Assembly: GCF_006345805.1 (NCBI RefSeq)
Contig: NC_043004.1
Coordinates: 32,178,001 to 32,242,000 of the forward strand
Source: Octopus sinensis
Taxonomy: Eukaryota
DNA: 64,000 nt
Reading direction: 5' to 3'
Shown piece by piece: positions 62,150-64,000 of the stretch (position 1 is its first letter; every line of letters begins with the position of its first letter). The notes under the pieces were generated by a model, which ran no database searches, was not told where the DNA came from, and was given only the letters and a program-made list of their open reading frames with translations. A program made the translations under genes and the position numbers.

Positions 62150-63040
62150 TCCTCCTTCATAGACTATGCCTAGCTCTCATGCCCCAGTCCTGTCTTCATG
62201 GCCCTGTTGCTCTGTATCATTGCTATCTGGTAGTCCCTTCCAACTCTTCATATACTCAGGTCTTTCACCACACTTGCACTCTTTAATCATACTTCCTTCG
62301 CAATAACCTGCTACTTATATTATGGCATTTGACCAGGGTATACAGTTTTTCTGTCTTTTGCCACACTTGCACTTTTTAACCACACTTCCTTTGCAAAATC
62401 CTGCCACTTATATTATGGCATTCGAACCTCAAGGGTTATGCCCTGGCACTTGCCACCATCTATATCTCTCTCTTCCTTTACTCAACCACCCCATTTATAT
62501 TCTGATTTGTCTCTTGTGAGTGTGCCCAGCATTTTGCCATCATTTCTATCCTGCTAAATCCCACTCTCTCTCTTCTTCTCCTGCACTTCCCTCAGGTTGG
62601 GTAACTATGTATTTCCTTTGCTGTAGCGCACCTGTTTCTGTCTTCATTCCTGATCGATCTCTCTCTCTAGTCGGGTAACTTTGTACTTCCTCTACAGCAA
62701 GCCACTTGTATCTGTCTTACTATAACCTTTTCATCATACAACACAAGATCACCTCCTCCAATGCCTCCTCACCACTTGAAAGTTATATAAATGGGATGGT
62801 TGAGTAAAGGAAGTAAAGGATATAGATGGTGATAAGTGCCAGGGCATAACCTTGAGATCCGAATGCCATAAGTGGCAGGATATGGCAAAGGAAGCAGGAT
62901 TAAAGAGCGTGGAGCAGGGGGTGAGTGGCGAAAACCTGGGTATATATAGTCGGGGAAACTACTTGATAGCAATGATACAGAGAAACAGGGCCATGAGGGC
63001 AGAGTTGGGGAGTGAGAGCTAGGCTAGTGTATGGAGGAAA
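62150..63040. repeat. imperfect inverted repeat (about 62150-62510 vs 62785-63040)
   Basis: gcctagctctca...atcctgccactta...ggttatgccctggcactt...cttcctttactcaacc occurs on + then on -. The left copy has an internal duplication. Confidence 0.8.
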
Positions 63041-64000
63041 GGCGAGGAAGTTATGTAGATGGGTTTGTTGGGGTAGGGTGTGTGAAAAGTTTTCCTGTTA
63101 TGTGTGTGTGGGACACATAGGTTGGGGGCTAGCAGATAGCAATGATAGAGTGAGACAGGGTGTGGATGGAACACAATGTGAGGCTGCATGGCCTTGTGGT
63201 TAGGGTGTCACACTCAGATTGCTTGTTGTGGTTTTGATTACCAAATTCCCAGACTGCACAGTGCATTGTGTTCTGGTGCAAAACACTTCATCTCATTGCT
63301 CTGCTGTCACTTCAACATTTGACTTGTGGCATATCGTTTTCCATGCTGGTATGGGTTGGATTATAGGCAGGGCCAGTTTGATGGAGGGGATGAGCTATGG
63401 TACAGCACAAACATTTGATCACTATAAACAAATCATCTGTGCAGGATGTTCAGCAAGAAATGGCAGAACATTCACCTGTCATCTACAATAAGAGATGACA
63501 TGATTATTTGTATACACACACACACACACACACATATATCAGCATATCATTTAATATCTGCTTTCTATATTGGCATGAGTTGAATGGGTCATCACAAACC
63601 GAGTTAGTTCTTGTTTAGTGTTACTGTCCTCATGGGCAGTTTCATTCGATAAACTGGACCCACTGAATTATCATGTAAAGTGGTTGAGTATTCCACAGGC
63701 ATATGTATAGCCTTAACAAAAATCTCAAGCAGAATTAGCATGAGAGTGTGACAAGGCTGGGCCTTTGAATTACAGCTACAATCCATCTGACAAGCTTCCA
63801 AACAGTTTCCATTGACCCAATTTCACTCACAAGGTTTGGGTTGATCCGATGCCATGATAAAAGACATTTGCTCAAGATGCCATACAGGGAGATCAACCCC
63901 ACCTTGTAAAAATTCATGAATAACGTTGTCCACCAGCCATTGTTAGCAAAATTAGAGGGCTGCAAACTTTTTGGGTGACTGCGAATTGTTAGTAGCATTA

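Overview
AT-rich, repeat-dense animal genomic DNA. The SINE, RTE and Dong-R4 repeat content points to an octopod cephalopod (inference). Two spliced protein-coding genes can be built by hand, both on the minus strand. (1) NF-YC (CCAAT-binding factor subunit C): 10 coding exons from 57552 down to 40339, 483 aa, with an intact histone-fold domain, Q17 and Q33 tracts, a 20-nt micro-exon and a frame-coupled alternative acceptor. (2) The first four coding exons of an OXNAD1-like oxidoreductase (30590 down to 2063), which continues off the left edge. Introns and intergenic DNA carry RTE, CR1, Dong/R4, HERO-like, CRE-like and Penelope-like retroelements, Gypsy gag-protease, a solo LTR, Helitrons, mariner, hAT, TTAA MITEs and several tRNA-derived SINE families. 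Least expected: a fold-back element with a tRNA-like cassette in its loop, other (TA)n-anchored fold-backs including one with a hammerhead-like core, a 378-bp bipartite RTE-derived retroposon with a 13-bp TSD, and a 426-bp local duplication bracketing the polyQ exon. No prokaryotic-type system or CRISPR array was seen. All family assignments come from motif recognition, not database searches.
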